From Peptococcaceae bacterium (GTDB lineage Bacteria > Bacillota > Peptococcia > DRI-13 > UBA5745): 64,000 nt of DNA. Location of the stretch: NCBI GenBank assembly GCA_034927285.1, contig JAYFQF010000010.1:23032-87031 (forward strand). Reading direction: 5' to 3'. Below are positions 46,581 through 59,086 of the stretch, in pieces; the first letter of the stretch is position 1, and each line of letters begins with the position of its first letter. The notes beneath the pieces were generated by a model that worked only from the letters and a program-made list of their open reading frames with translations, did no database searches and was not told the origin of the DNA. A program made the position numbers and the translations under genes.

Positions 46581-47690
46581 TCATGAGCCGAGAATCCGCC
46601 CCTGTTTTCCCGCCGAGTAAACCCTGATCTCGGCAACGATCCAAAGGCATAGCGGAAGAATGACTTCAAAGGGAAAAACGTAGTAGGGCCAGGCATCTAT
46701 AGCAAACTCAAAATAGTTCATGATGCTTCCCGGCTCATAAATGGCTAATGTGGCGGCTAAAAGAGTCATGGGCCAAACAATAAACCGGTAATCCGGAAAA
46801 ACGAAGAGCTTGGCAAAGCCCCGGCAGGCCCCCATAAGGAAAATGCTGGTTTGAATAAAGATGCCGGATATATAGACCACCGCCGCCAGGATATCCAGCC
46901 GCTGCAAAAAATTACCGATGCTGATCAGCGATACCTCCACATAGGTAGGGTAATAAATCCTCGACGCGTTATAGGGACCCAGGGTCAGGATGACGCCGAT
47001 ATAAATGAGAAACAAAATTGCGGAGCCGATCAGCAAACCATAAAAGAAAATTTTATAGGCTGAGTTTTTTTCTTTCCGGAGGGAAAGTACCGGCAAAAAG
47101 CCTACGATATAAGTCATGGGAAAAATAAAGGTTAAAAAGGCCCCCTGAAAAACCGGCTTAGGTCCCTCATAAAGCACCGGCGTCAGATAATCCCAATGAA
47201 ATTTGGGCAGCAGCAGAAAAAAGACGGCGATAACCTCGATGACCGTAATGACCACAAACATTTCGCTCCATCGCCCCAATACCTCGATTCCCTGTTTTAC
47301 CCCATAGGCGCAGAGGAGAATCAACAGGCCGATGATCACCCAGTTCGGCGTATCGGGCAGCGTCGCGCTTTTGACAAAGAACACCCAGTCTTCCAAGGTT
47401 ATGGCAACGGCATGAAAACAAAACCAGGTATACACCAGGATAAAGACTTTCCCCAGAATTTTCCCAAGACAAATTTCTACGATATCAAAAAGGCTTTTTT
47501 CCGGAAAAAGCGAGAGCAGCCTGGCAAAGATCAGAACCATCGGCAAAGACATCACCAGGCCCAGAATTAACGCCAGCCAGGTATCGCTTTTGGCGCAGAT
47601 CCCTTCAATAAAAATACTGGCTTCCCCATTAATAAATAAAATGATTAAGGCAATCCCTTGTTTATTGGATATGATTTCTTTCCGGCTCAT
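46581..47690 (-). CDS. Spore germination protein, GerAB/GerKB-type permease subunit
   Basis: 369 aa. MSRKEIISNKQGIALIILFINGEA... with about 10 TM, amino-acid-permease-like. Confidence 0.85.
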   Translation of the reverse strand: MSRKEIISNKQGIALIILFINGEASIFIEGICAKSDTWLALILGLVMSLPMVLIFARLLSLFPEKSLFDIVEICLGKILGKVFILVYTWFCFHAVAITLEDWVFFVKSATLPDTPNWVIIGLLILLCAYGVKQGIEVLGRWSEMFVVITVIEVIAVFFLLLPKFHWDYLTPVLYEGPKPVFQGAFLTFIFPMTYIVGFLPVLSLRKEKNSAYKIFFYGLLIGSAILFLIYIGVILTLGPYNASRIYYPTYVEVSLISIGNFLQRLDILAAVVYISGIFIQTSIFLMGACRGFAKLFVFPDYRFIVWPMTLLAATLAIYEPGSIMNYFEFAIDAWPYYVFPFEVILPLCLWIVAEIRVYSAGKQGRILGS

Positions 47691-47743
47691 CTGACGGTCA
47701 TCACCACTCTTTTCGCTGAACTAAAGCTTTATGTACGGTTTCC

Positions 47744-47965
47744 CTATTTCATTTTTTCAAAGACCCCCAGCACGATTTTTTCGATGATCTCGTTGGGCTT
47801 CGGCAAATCCACTCCCGCTAAAAGCAGAATACTGATCACAAAAGAAATGATCATTAAGGCGGAAAAATAGATCATCTCTTTTTTCTGCTGATTTTTAGCT
47901 AAGGAGGCAAGCTCTGCAAAAGAAACAACGAGATACAGGCCGGTTACCAAAGCATACATGGGCAT
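47744..47965 (-). CDS. Small two-TM membrane protein inside the germinant receptor operon
   Basis: 73 aa. MPMYALVTGLYLVVSFAELASL...ALMIISFVISILLLAGV. Confidence 0.5.
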   Translation of the reverse strand: MPMYALVTGLYLVVSFAELASLAKNQQKKEMIYFSALMIISFVISILLLAGVDLPKPNEIIEKIVLGVFEKMK

Positions 47966-47974
47966 AACTCCTGT

Positions 47975-49168
47975 CTATTGGCCGATGGTGATGGGCTTCG
48001 AGGTGTTGGAGGATAAGGTCAGGTCAACTTTCACTTGGGGAGCGATCCTTAAGTCCCGATAGATGTCGTCCCAGTTTTTTTCCTGGCTTCTCCAGTAATC
48101 CGGCATTTTTCTTTTTACCTTATTGTTAAAGCCGAAAATATCTGAGGAATAGAGGCCTTGGGTTTTTGCCACCAGATCCAGGATCCTGTTTGTCAGGATG
48201 CTTTCTATGTTTTTCTCCAGTTCTTTTCTTTTTTCCTTATCGAGATAGTTCTCACTTCCCGCCAGTTCGCTGACCCCGGCTTCCAGCTGAGCCTCGATCT
48301 CCATGGTCAGTTCTCCGTTGATGAAAGAGGGGTCAATCTTGACGTTGCTCCCGTATATTTCCAGAGAGATCCGCATTTTTTCGGAAGGTTGGGAAGTACT
48401 GTTTTCTTCTAAAGTCAGGACTCCGCCTTTTAATTGATTCATGAGCAATAAGGCGGTTTGGGACTCTTCTTCGTCTAAAAAATATTTCAGCTTATCTTCT
48501 TTGAAGACGGCCGTGCCTTTTATTTCGGGGCTGGGTTCGCCTTCTTCGTTTTTTATATAGACGGCGGGCGCGACTACGGAATTGGTTTTAACGCTTAATT
48601 TCTCGACAAATGGCGTAAGCTCATCTTTCACAAATGTGGACACCGATTCTCCTGCGTCCAGGGTGTTGTCTAAAATCACCGAAACCGGATCGCCGGATTC
48701 GGTCTTGGCCTTCAGGATATCGCCCGCCTCGGCGTTTCCGGCCACCGCGATCCAGATATCCGGGCGGATTTCCGCATCCCGCCAAAACAGGTCCAGGATC
48801 GTGAGAATTCCTTCCCGGGCAATCTCCTGGCTGATGATAATTCCTTTGCAGTGTCCCCAAAACAGCCGCTTGCCGGTCTGACGAACCGCATTTCTCACGG
48901 CATCGAAAACCGTATGTCCTTCAGCCTCGATCAGAAAGGATTTCGGGCTTTTTGGTTCCTCCTGGCCGCCCTCACCGCCGCTCTGACCGCCGCTTTGGGC
49001 TTGGTTAATAATTTCAATGGTTAATTTGTACTCCCCGTTTTCCTGGTTTTTATCGATGGCGGCCCCCATCATGATATTCAAATCCTCAAGGTCCCGGTAA
49101 TTCCAACAGCCGCAAAGCAGAAACACACAGAGGAAAATACAAAGAAAAACAGCGCGTTTTGTTTTCAT
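47975..49168 (-). CDS. Ger(x)C-family spore germination lipoprotein
   Basis: Lipobox FLLCGCWNYRDLEDLNIMMGAAIDK is the typical GerAC N-terminus. Confidence 0.9.
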   Translation of the reverse strand: MKTKRAVFLCIFLCVFLLCGCWNYRDLEDLNIMMGAAIDKNQENGEYKLTIEIINQAQSGGQSGGEGGQEEPKSPKSFLIEAEGHTVFDAVRNAVRQTGKRLFWGHCKGIIISQEIAREGILTILDLFWRDAEIRPDIWIAVAGNAEAGDILKAKTESGDPVSVILDNTLDAGESVSTFVKDELTPFVEKLSVKTNSVVAPAVYIKNEEGEPSPEIKGTAVFKEDKLKYFLDEEESQTALLLMNQLKGGVLTLEENSTSQPSEKMRISLEIYGSNVKIDPSFINGELTMEIEAQLEAGVSELAGSENYLDKEKRKELEKNIESILTNRILDLVAKTQGLYSSDIFGFNNKVKRKMPDYWRSQEKNWDDIYRDLRIAPQVKVDLTLSSNTSKPITIGQ

Positions 49169-50691
49169 CTCGTGCCTCCGCCGGCTCGGGTCCTGTTCCG
49201 CTTCATGGCAAATTTAGGCCGCTTATTCATAAATTTTAAGGGCGCCCTGATCGACGTATCCCGGACGTCATCGATATCGATCAGAGAGATATTCATCATA
49301 TAAGGCACGCCGAAGCTGCGCAGGGAAATCAGATAAACGAATAAGGCGATCAGGGCGATCATGTAGCCGAATAAGCCCAAGGTTGATGACGCCAGCAGCA
49401 GGTATATCCGGGTAACGATTACCGGACCTTTTAAGCGGAACACTAAAAAAGAGCAGATCCCGGTAAAGGCTGTGATAATCACAATCGGAGCACTGATGAT
49501 TTTTGCGCTTACGGCAGCTTCGCCTAAAACCAGAGCGCCGACGATGCTGATGGCCATCCCCACGGTGGAGGGCAATCTGACCCCGGCCTCCCGCATTACT
49601 TCAAAAACCAACAGCATCAGGACCAATTCCACGATGGAAGGAAAGGGCACATTATATCTGGCGGCGGCAATGCTCAGGATCAAAGGGGTAGGCAGCATTT
49701 CCTGATGAAAGGAGATAATCGCCAGATAAACAGCCGGGATGCTGACGGTAAGAAAATAGCACAATACCCGCAAAAAACGGTTAATCGAGGCAAAAATATA
49801 ATTGGTATAATAATCCTCGTTGGTCTGGAAGTATTCAAGAAAAAGGAAGGGCATGGTCAATACGCTGGGGGATCCGTCGCAAATGATGCCGACCCGGCCC
49901 TCCAGCAGTTTTCCGGCTACCACATCGGGCCTTTCGGTATCGCCGATGGTATCAAAGGCGGAATAAGGGGAATCCTTGATCATCTCCTGGATATAGCCGG
50001 AATCCAGGATTCCGTCAATCTGAATTTTCTTCAGCCTGATTTCCACTTCGTTAAGAATCTTTTCACTGGCGATACCCTTGATATAGCAAATACAAATCTT
50101 CGTCTTGGTCACATTGCCCAGTTCCATATATTTAAATTTCAGGTCCGGATTAACGATTTTTCTCTCCAAGAGAGAAATATTGGTCACGATGGATTCCGTG
50201 AAGCCTTCCCTGGGTCCCCTGACCACGGTTTCCGCCTGGGGCTCGGTGACGGCGCGGGTGATCCAGTCTTTAGTGCAGATCACCAGGACTTTGGAAAAGC
50301 CCTCGATGAGCAGAATCGTATCCCCATAGAGGATGGCCTGGACCGCTTTTTCCACGTCGGAGGTTTCTTCAATCCCCCGGACCTGAACGACCTGGTTAAC
50401 GATATAATTGGATAAATCCTTCTGGGGGATATTTTTTCCCAAAAGGTTCTCCATGATGGGCCGGATGATCCTGTCATTGATGGTCTTTTCTCCGGAGATA
50501 GGATGGGAAAAAATCAGGCAGTAGCGGATTTCCTCTGCTTTGGGCTCGCGAAAATATCGATAGACGATCATCTCGTCATCGCTGAGGATGGACTGCAGCA
50601 AAGCGATATTTTCCTGCAAAGAAGCGGAAAAAGAGCGCTGTCCGCTGTTATTTCGATTGCCTCTTCTGATTCTTACCGCTTTTTTAAACAT
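49165..50691 (-). CDS. Spore germination protein, GerAA/GerKA-type subunit
   Basis: 508 aa. ...YGDTILLIEG...RGPREGFTE... and a C-terminal 5-TM region. Confidence 0.9.
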   Translation of the reverse strand: MFKKAVRIRRGNRNNSGQRSFSASLQENIALLQSILSDDEMIVYRYFREPKAEEIRYCLIFSHPISGEKTINDRIIRPIMENLLGKNIPQKDLSNYIVNQVVQVRGIEETSDVEKAVQAILYGDTILLIEGFSKVLVICTKDWITRAVTEPQAETVVRGPREGFTESIVTNISLLERKIVNPDLKFKYMELGNVTKTKICICYIKGIASEKILNEVEIRLKKIQIDGILDSGYIQEMIKDSPYSAFDTIGDTERPDVVAGKLLEGRVGIICDGSPSVLTMPFLFLEYFQTNEDYYTNYIFASINRFLRVLCYFLTVSIPAVYLAIISFHQEMLPTPLILSIAAARYNVPFPSIVELVLMLLVFEVMREAGVRLPSTVGMAISIVGALVLGEAAVSAKIISAPIVIITAFTGICSFLVFRLKGPVIVTRIYLLLASSTLGLFGYMIALIALFVYLISLRSFGVPYMMNISLIDIDDVRDTSIRAPLKFMNKRPKFAMKRNRTRAGGGTR

Positions 50692-50873
50692 AAAGCACCC
50701 GTTCCCCTATTCCTGAAGCAAAATTTTTTATGTATGTTTTTCCCAAAATCGGCTTGGGTTAAACATTCCCCATTTTTCATCAAAAGATTCATTTTCCCGG
50801 TTTTTCTATTCTCTGCCGCAGGTTTCACCCTGAAAGGGAATATTCTGTTCCGGAAAAAACGGCACTTCGCCGG

Positions 50874-50915
50874 TTTAAAATAAAGCCGGCGCCCTCTTAT
50901 CTGAAAGGGCGCCGG
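50874..50915 (-). terminator. Terminator after the GNAT gene
   Basis: Minus strand CCGGCGCCCT-TTCAGATAAG-AGGGCGCCGG followed by CTTTATTTT. Confidence 0.65.
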
Positions 50916-51000
50916 AGCAAAATATTATTCTTCGGGAAAACCGTATCTTTTCGTTCACCGCATAACGCTTTCTTAACAGCGGATAAACTTGGCCGGCCCT

Positions 51001-51528
51001 TTATACCCCGATCTTTTTTTCATAGCATTTCAGGTTTTCCCAGATCACCTGCTGAAAGTGGAAGAGGGTGCTGCCGGCATAACGATAGCCCAACTTTTCA
51101 TACATCGCCGCCGCCGGTATATTTCCTTCATAGGTGTCCAGGCGAATGGCGGTACAGCCCAGCTCCCGGGCCTTGGCTTCGGCAAAGGCGACGAATTCTT
51201 TCCCCTTGCCCCGGCCGGCCCAGGAGGGGGAGATGACCAGGGTATGGATGACCAGTACGTCCTTTCCTTCTCCGGGGATAGTCCAGGAGATATTGCCGTA
51301 TTCCGGAGGCTGGAGATGATTTAAGATCACGCTGCCAAAAATTTGGCCCTTTTCTTCCCCGGTATATAAAGTACCGGCGTCAAAAGCCTTTTGAGCATCC
51401 CGGTCTGTCGGATATTTTCCTCTTTGCCAGTTGGTATAGCTGGTTCCCCGGCGGTCCTCCTGGTCCAGGACTTCTTCATAAATACGTGCCGTTTCCCGGA
51501 TATCGGTTTCGCTTGCTTCACGGATCAT
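51001..51528 (-). CDS. GNAT-family N-acetyltransferase
   Basis: 175 aa. ...LVISPSWAGRGKGKEFVAFAEAKAREL... acetyl-CoA-binding motif. Confidence 0.8.
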   Translation of the reverse strand: MIREASETDIRETARIYEEVLDQEDRRGTSYTNWQRGKYPTDRDAQKAFDAGTLYTGEEKGQIFGSVILNHLQPPEYGNISWTIPGEGKDVLVIHTLVISPSWAGRGKGKEFVAFAEAKARELGCTAIRLDTYEGNIPAAAMYEKLGYRYAGSTLFHFQQVIWENLKCYEKKIGV

Positions 51529-51632
51529 GGGAAAACCTCCTCTTGTTTGATCGTTGGGGATTGTCTGATTGGCGTGAACGCTGTATAATCATGGAAGAAA
51601 ATTCGAGAAAAAGGGGAAAGGGAGTCGGGGTA

Positions 51633-51926
51633 TTGCTGAAAAATATGACGGAGACTTTGTTGGAGCAAAAATTGGATTCCATGATGGATTCTCCAAAATA
51701 CACCGGCTGTAAGTGTCAGCGCTGCCGGGAGGACATTCTGGCTTATGCCTTAAACCGTCTGCCTCCCCAATACGTATCCACCAATACCGGAAAGCTTTAT
51801 ACTAAGCTGCAAAATTATACCGACCGGTTTGAATTTGATATCCTGTGCCAATTGGCCATTGCCATCAAAGTGGTGACGGCAGCTCCCCGCCATCAGGAGC
51901 CCGGGCAGGAAACCAGGGAGCCATAA
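51633..51926 (+). CDS. ComFB-domain protein
   Basis: (M)LKNMTETLLEQKLDSMM...CKCQRCREDILAYALNRLPPQYV... Candidate promoter TTGTCT (51561)/TATAAT (51584) argues for TTG 51633 after GGGAG rather than ATG 51591. Confidence 0.7.
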   Translation: MLKNMTETLLEQKLDSMMDSPKYTGCKCQRCREDILAYALNRLPPQYVSTNTGKLYTKLQNYTDRFEFDILCQLAIAIKVVTAAPRHQEPGQETREP

Positions 51927-51969
51927 ACCGGAAAATCCGGGGATCGCCCCCGCAATCTTTGCGGAATGT

Positions 51970-52013
51970 AAAAATAAGGAGGTAAGCCATGGCTTGCCTC
52001 CTTATTTTTTTTT
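51970..52013. terminator. Bidirectional terminator between convergent comFB and ackA
   Basis: ATAAGGAGGTAAGCC-AT-GGCTTGCCTCCTTAT flanked by A-run and T-run. Confidence 0.75.
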
Positions 52014-52056
52014 GCTTCTGCTGTCACTGGGGTCTATCTCAGGAAAACCCCGGAAA

Positions 52057-53244
52057 TTATTTTTTGGTGATCTCTACGGTATCCCGGGCGATCATCAATT
52101 CTTCGTTGGTGGGAATCACCAGGACCTTGGTCTTGGAATTAGCGTTAGAGATCTGGATCTCTTCACCCCGGACGCCGTTTTTCGCGGGGTCAAGCTCAAT
52201 TCCCAGATAGGTGAGGCCGCCGCAGATTTTTTCCCGCATGGAAGCGGAGTTCTCTCCCAGTCCGGCGGTAAAGACGATGGCGTCCACGCCGTCCATGGCG
52301 GCCACATAGGAACCGATGTACTTTTTCACCACATAAGCAAAACGATCCAGGGCCAGCTGCGCTCTTTTGTTTCCTTCTTCGGCGGCGCCTTCGATGTCGC
52401 GGAAATCGCTGCTGACGCCGGAAATCCCCAGTACGCCGGATTTTTTGTTCAGGACGTTGCTCATCTGACCGATGGTCAGGTTTTCTTTATTCATGATGAA
52501 CTCAATGATGGCAGGGTCGATATCCCCGGAACGGGTACCCATCACCAGCCCTTCCAGGGGAGTCAGGCCCATGGAAGTGTCAATGCATTTCCCGGCCTTC
52601 ACCGCGGCCAGGCTGGCGCCGTTGCCCAGATGGCAGGTAATGATCTTGGCGTCGGGTTTGCCCAGCATCGCCAAAGCCCTTTGCGTGACGAAACGGTGGG
52701 AGGTGCCGTGGAAACCGTAACGGCGGACTTTATATTTCTCGTAATATTCGTAGGGCAGCGCATAGATATACGCTTCCGCCGGCATGGTCTGATGGAAAGC
52801 GGTATCAAACACGCCCACCTGAGGAACTCCGGGCATCAGCTGCGTGCAGGCTTCAATCCCCAGGATATTCGGCGGATTATGTAAAGGCGCCAGCTCGATA
52901 TTGACTTTCAGGGCTTCCATCACCGCAGGGGTAATCGCTACGGAACCGCTGAACGCTTCGCCGCCGTGCACTACCCGGTGCCCTACGCAGTTTATCTCGT
53001 TAAGAGATTTTACTACGCCGTGATTTTTGTCGGTAAGGGCAGCCAGCACCAAAGAGATCGCTTTAGAATGATTTTCGATTTCTTCCTTGATCTCGATTTT
53101 GGCGTCGCCGGGGCGATGAGTCAGGATGGAACCGGGAAGACCGATCCGTTCCACCAGACCCTTCGCCAGCACGCTTTCATCCGTCATATCAAAGAGCTGA
53201 TATTTCAGAGAAGAGCTGCCGCAGTTGATTACCAGTGCTTTCAT
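52057..53244 (-). CDS. ackA: Acetate kinase
   Basis: [20 protein letters not shown]...HRVVHGG...GFHGTSH... Confidence 0.95.
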   Translation of the reverse strand: MKALVINCGSSSLKYQLFDMTDESVLAKGLVERIGLPGSILTHRPGDAKIEIKEEIENHSKAISLVLAALTDKNHGVVKSLNEINCVGHRVVHGGEAFSGSVAITPAVMEALKVNIELAPLHNPPNILGIEACTQLMPGVPQVGVFDTAFHQTMPAEAYIYALPYEYYEKYKVRRYGFHGTSHRFVTQRALAMLGKPDAKIITCHLGNGASLAAVKAGKCIDTSMGLTPLEGLVMGTRSGDIDPAIIEFIMNKENLTIGQMSNVLNKKSGVLGISGVSSDFRDIEGAAEEGNKRAQLALDRFAYVVKKYIGSYVAAMDGVDAIVFTAGLGENSASMREKICGGLTYLGIELDPAKNGVRGEEIQISNANSKTKVLVIPTNEELMIARDTVEITKK

Positions 53245-53313
53245 GTTGAAAATTCCCCCTTAAATTTTGGATTCTTTTACAGATAAAGACTTCTATTAAA
53301 CAAAACCGGAAGC

Positions 53314-55755
53314 TTATTCGTCCTCTTCATCCTTGACCACCACCTTGGCTACCGCCTGAACCTGGTCATTTTCTCCCAGGTTCATGACCTTTACCCCTTG
53401 GGTAGCCCGGCCGATGGAGCTGATGTCGTCGGTGAAGATACGGATCATGATCCCTTCTTTGGTGATGATCATAATCTCATCTCCCGCGGAAATCGCCACT
53501 ACACCGGCCACCATACCGTTTTTATTGGTGCAGCGGATGCCGATCAGGCCCTTGCCGCCCCGGCCCTGGGACCGGAACTCCTTCAGCTTGGTCCGTTTGC
53601 CGAAACCTTTTTCCGTAATGCATAATAATTCTTCGCCGGCGGTGATGTTTTCTACCGCCACCACCCGGTCGCCGGCCCCCAGGCTGATTCCTTTGACTCC
53701 TCTGGCCACCCGGCCCATGGGACGGATATCCTGTTCGGAAATCCGGATCACCATGCCGTGATGAGTAGCCATGATCAGCTCATCTTCCCCTTCGGTAAGC
53801 TTAACGCCGATCAGCTCGTCCTCTTCGTCCATATTCAGCGCGATGATGCCGTCCCGGCGGGAAGTATTATATTCCGTCAGGGCGGTTTTCTTTACGATGC
53901 CGTTTTTCGTCACCGTCAGCAGGTACTGGTTCTCATCAAAGCTCTTCACCGGAATCACAGCTGTGATTTTATCATCTCCGCTGATGTAAAGCAAGTTCAC
54001 AATGGCGGTTCCCTTGGCGGTCCTGCCGGCTTCCGGGATATCATAGACCTTGGTCCGGTAAACCTTTCCTTTATTCGTAAAGAAGAGCAGATAATTATGG
54101 TTTGTGGTGGTAAAAAGATGCTCCACAAAATCCGATTCCTTGGTGGTCATGGAGGTGACCCCCCGGCCTCCCCGTTTCTGGTTACGGAAGGCGGTGATGG
54201 GCTGCCTCTTAATATAACCGCTGTGGGTGACGGTAATGCAGACCTCTTCGTCAGGGATCAGGTCCTCAATGGAGATTTCCCCTTCATCGGGACTGATCTT
54301 GGTGCGGCGGGCGTCGCCGTATTTAGCCTTGATCTCGCTAAGCTCATCTTTGATAATCTTCAGCACCAGATACTGATCCTCCAGAATGGACCGAAGATAA
54401 GCGATCTTTTCGATCAGGCCTTCGTATTCCGCCTGGAGGCGTTCTCTTTCCAGTCCGGATAAGCGGCCCAGACGCATGTCCACAATGGCCTTAGCCTGGA
54501 GATCCGTCAACCCGAAACGGGCCATTAACCCTTCCTGGGCTACTTTTTCATCCTTGGAACCCCGGATAATCCGGATGACCTCGTCGATATAATCGATGGC
54601 GATCCGCAGGCCTTCCACAATATGCAGCCGGGCCTCGGCCTTCTTTAAGTCGTATTTGGTCCGGCGGACGATGACTTCTTCCTGATGCTCCAGATAATAG
54701 TGCAGGATCTCTTTCAGATTCAGCACCCGGGGTTCGCCGTTGACCAGCGCCAGCATGATGACGCCAAAGCTTTCCTGAAGCTGGGTATGCTTGTAAAGAT
54801 TATTCAGCACTACCTGGGGATTTACGTCCCGGCGCACGTCGATCATGATTTTCATGCCGTTGCGGTCGGAAGCGTCCACTAAGGAAGTAATGCCGTCGAT
54901 TTTCTTATCCCGTACCATTTCGGCAATTTTCTCGATGAGGCGGGCTTTATTTACCATATAGGGGATTTCCGTCACCAGGATACGGCTTTTGCCGTTATCA
55001 ATGCTCTCGATTTCCGTGGTAGCCCGGGTAATAATGGAGCCCCGTCCGGTTTCATAGGCCTGGCGAATCCCGGAAATGCCGATGATATTTCCGCCGGTGG
55101 GATAATCGGGGCCTTTGATATAGGCCATCAGCTCTTCTATCGTAATCTGGGGATTGTCGATATAAGCGATGACGCCTTCGATGACCTCGTTTAAGTTGTG
55201 GGGAGGGATATTGGTGGCCATACCCACGGCGATACCGGAAGAACCGTTTAATAAAAGGTTCGGGATCCGGGAAGGCAAAACCGAGGGTTCCGTCAGTTCA
55301 CTGTCGTAGTTGGGTACAAAATCCACAGTTTCTTTTTCAATATCCCGCAGCATCTCCGCAGCGATTTTTCCCATCCGGACCTCGGTATAACGCTGAGCGG
55401 CGGCGGAGTCGCCGTCTACGGAACCGAAGTTTCCCTGGCCGTCGGCCAGGAGATAACGGGTGGAAAAATCCTGGGCCATACGCACTAACGCGTCGTAAAT
55501 GGAGGCGTCGCCGTGGGGATGATAACGGCCCATGACGTCGCCCACGATACGGGCGGATTTCCGGTAAGGCTTATCATAAGTCACGCCGGATTCGTTCATG
55601 GAGTATAAAATACGGCGGTGGATCGGCTTTAAACCGTCCCGCACGTCGGGCAGGGCCCGGCCGGCGATTACGCTCATGGAATAGCTGATATAGGACTTTT
55701 TCATTTCCTCTTCCAGCTGTACCGGCTCTACCTTACCTTCAAATAAGCTTTCCAA
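53314..55755 (-). CDS. gyrA: DNA gyrase subunit A
   Basis: 813 aa. ...DGLKPIHRRILY...HPHGD... active-site region and C-terminal beta-pinwheel repeats. Confidence 0.97.
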   Translation of the reverse strand: MESLFEGKVEPVQLEEEMKKSYISYSMSVIAGRALPDVRDGLKPIHRRILYSMNESGVTYDKPYRKSARIVGDVMGRYHPHGDASIYDALVRMAQDFSTRYLLADGQGNFGSVDGDSAAAQRYTEVRMGKIAAEMLRDIEKETVDFVPNYDSELTEPSVLPSRIPNLLLNGSSGIAVGMATNIPPHNLNEVIEGVIAYIDNPQITIEELMAYIKGPDYPTGGNIIGISGIRQAYETGRGSIITRATTEIESIDNGKSRILVTEIPYMVNKARLIEKIAEMVRDKKIDGITSLVDASDRNGMKIMIDVRRDVNPQVVLNNLYKHTQLQESFGVIMLALVNGEPRVLNLKEILHYYLEHQEEVIVRRTKYDLKKAEARLHIVEGLRIAIDYIDEVIRIIRGSKDEKVAQEGLMARFGLTDLQAKAIVDMRLGRLSGLERERLQAEYEGLIEKIAYLRSILEDQYLVLKIIKDELSEIKAKYGDARRTKISPDEGEISIEDLIPDEEVCITVTHSGYIKRQPITAFRNQKRGGRGVTSMTTKESDFVEHLFTTTNHNYLLFFTNKGKVYRTKVYDIPEAGRTAKGTAIVNLLYISGDDKITAVIPVKSFDENQYLLTVTKNGIVKKTALTEYNTSRRDGIIALNMDEEDELIGVKLTEGEDELIMATHHGMVIRISEQDIRPMGRVARGVKGISLGAGDRVVAVENITAGEELLCITEKGFGKRTKLKEFRSQGRGGKGLIGIRCTNKNGMVAGVVAISAGDEIMIITKEGIMIRIFTDDISSIGRATQGVKVMNLGENDQVQAVAKVVVKDEEDE

Positions 55756-55774
55756 TCCTTTTCACCTCGGCTTC

Positions 55775-57784
<2,010 letters not shown>

Positions 57785-57908
57785 TCATATACCCCCATGA
57801 CGCGACCATTGCCTTTTCACTTAGGAATAACTATTTTTATACACTTTTATTTTAGCCTTTTTTCAGATATTTTGCAAGGCCTATCTGTGGGAGTATAAAA
57901 AAATAGCC

Positions 57909-59057
57909 TTAATTCTTTTCAATTTTGCCTCCAATCACCAAAAAGCTTCGACTTTGTCTTTTTTCTCTACCAGAAAAGTTTGCAGGCTCTGTGGAGGTAA
58001 TAAAGCATTGTATGGCTTTTTCCTGAATAAAGGTTAAAAGTTGATTTTGACGGTTCTCATCAAGCTCGGATAAAACGTCATCCAGCAATAAAACCGGATA
58101 TTCTCCCGATTCGCCGCGAAAAAATTCCAATTCCGCTAATTTAAGAGCCAGCACCGCGGTACGCTGCTGCCCCTGGGAACCAAACTGCTTCAGGTTGATT
58201 CCGTTCAGCAAAATTTCCAGATCATCCCGGTGAGGACCCCACTGGGTAATGCCAAAGCGCAGATCCTCCTCCAGGGCCCCTTCCCGGGCCTGCCAGAGAT
58301 ACTCGGCGATTTTTCCGGTTTTCCGGCAATCGCTTTCTTCCAGCCGCCGGCTTTTATTGAAAATATAGTGAAGCTCGATATTTTCCTGGCCGGCGGTGAG
58401 CCTTCTCTGGGTCAGCCTGGTCAAAGGATTCAGTTTTTCCATAACGGAAAGCCTTTTTTCGATCAACCGGGCGCCGCAATCCACCAACTGTCTGTCCCAA
58501 AGCTCCAGCTGAGCGTTTTTTTCCGCCGGCCCGCCGCGGTACCCCGGGAATTTTTTCAGTAAGGCGTTACGCTGGGCTAAAAGACGTTTATATTTATTCA
58601 GGTCCCGGACATAGGAAAGGCTGATCTGAGAAATATCGTAATCCAAAAAACTGCGTCTTTCCTGGGGAGCGCCTTTGATAATGCTGATGCTGTCCGGTGA
58701 AAAAAGTACGGAAGTAAACAAGCCGCTTAATTCTTCGGTCTTGGTCAGGCGGAGGCCGCCGGCAAAAAAGCTTTTGGCAGGCTTTTCATTTTTTTTATAG
58801 GAGGCCTGCAGCCGGGCGCCGCCTCTGCGATTTTCGATCCCGGCGCTGATCCGGAATTCTTCTTTCCCCCAAAGGATCAGCTGCTCGTCCCTGACCGGCC
58901 GGTAAGCCTTGCCGATGGAAAGGTAATAGATCGCCTCGATTAAATTGGTTTTGCCCTGGCCATTGGCTCCGTAAAAGAGATTAATGCCAGGGCAAAATTC
59001 GGCGTTCATGTTTAAATAATTCCGGTAGTCCTTCAACTCCAGAGAGGTGATCTGCAT
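57909..59057 (-). CDS. recF: DNA replication and repair protein RecF
   Basis: MQITSLELKDYRNY...GANGQGKTNLIEAIY...LLLDDVLSELD. Confidence 0.95.
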   Translation of the reverse strand: MQITSLELKDYRNYLNMNAEFCPGINLFYGANGQGKTNLIEAIYYLSIGKAYRPVRDEQLILWGKEEFRISAGIENRRGGARLQASYKKNEKPAKSFFAGGLRLTKTEELSGLFTSVLFSPDSISIIKGAPQERRSFLDYDISQISLSYVRDLNKYKRLLAQRNALLKKFPGYRGGPAEKNAQLELWDRQLVDCGARLIEKRLSVMEKLNPLTRLTQRRLTAGQENIELHYIFNKSRRLEESDCRKTGKIAEYLWQAREGALEEDLRFGITQWGPHRDDLEILLNGINLKQFGSQGQQRTAVLALKLAELEFFRGESGEYPVLLLDDVLSELDENRQNQLLTFIQEKAIQCFITSTEPANFSGREKRQSRSFLVIGGKIEKN

Positions 59058-59086
59058 AGAAATCCGCCGATCTTCGTTTTTTATGC

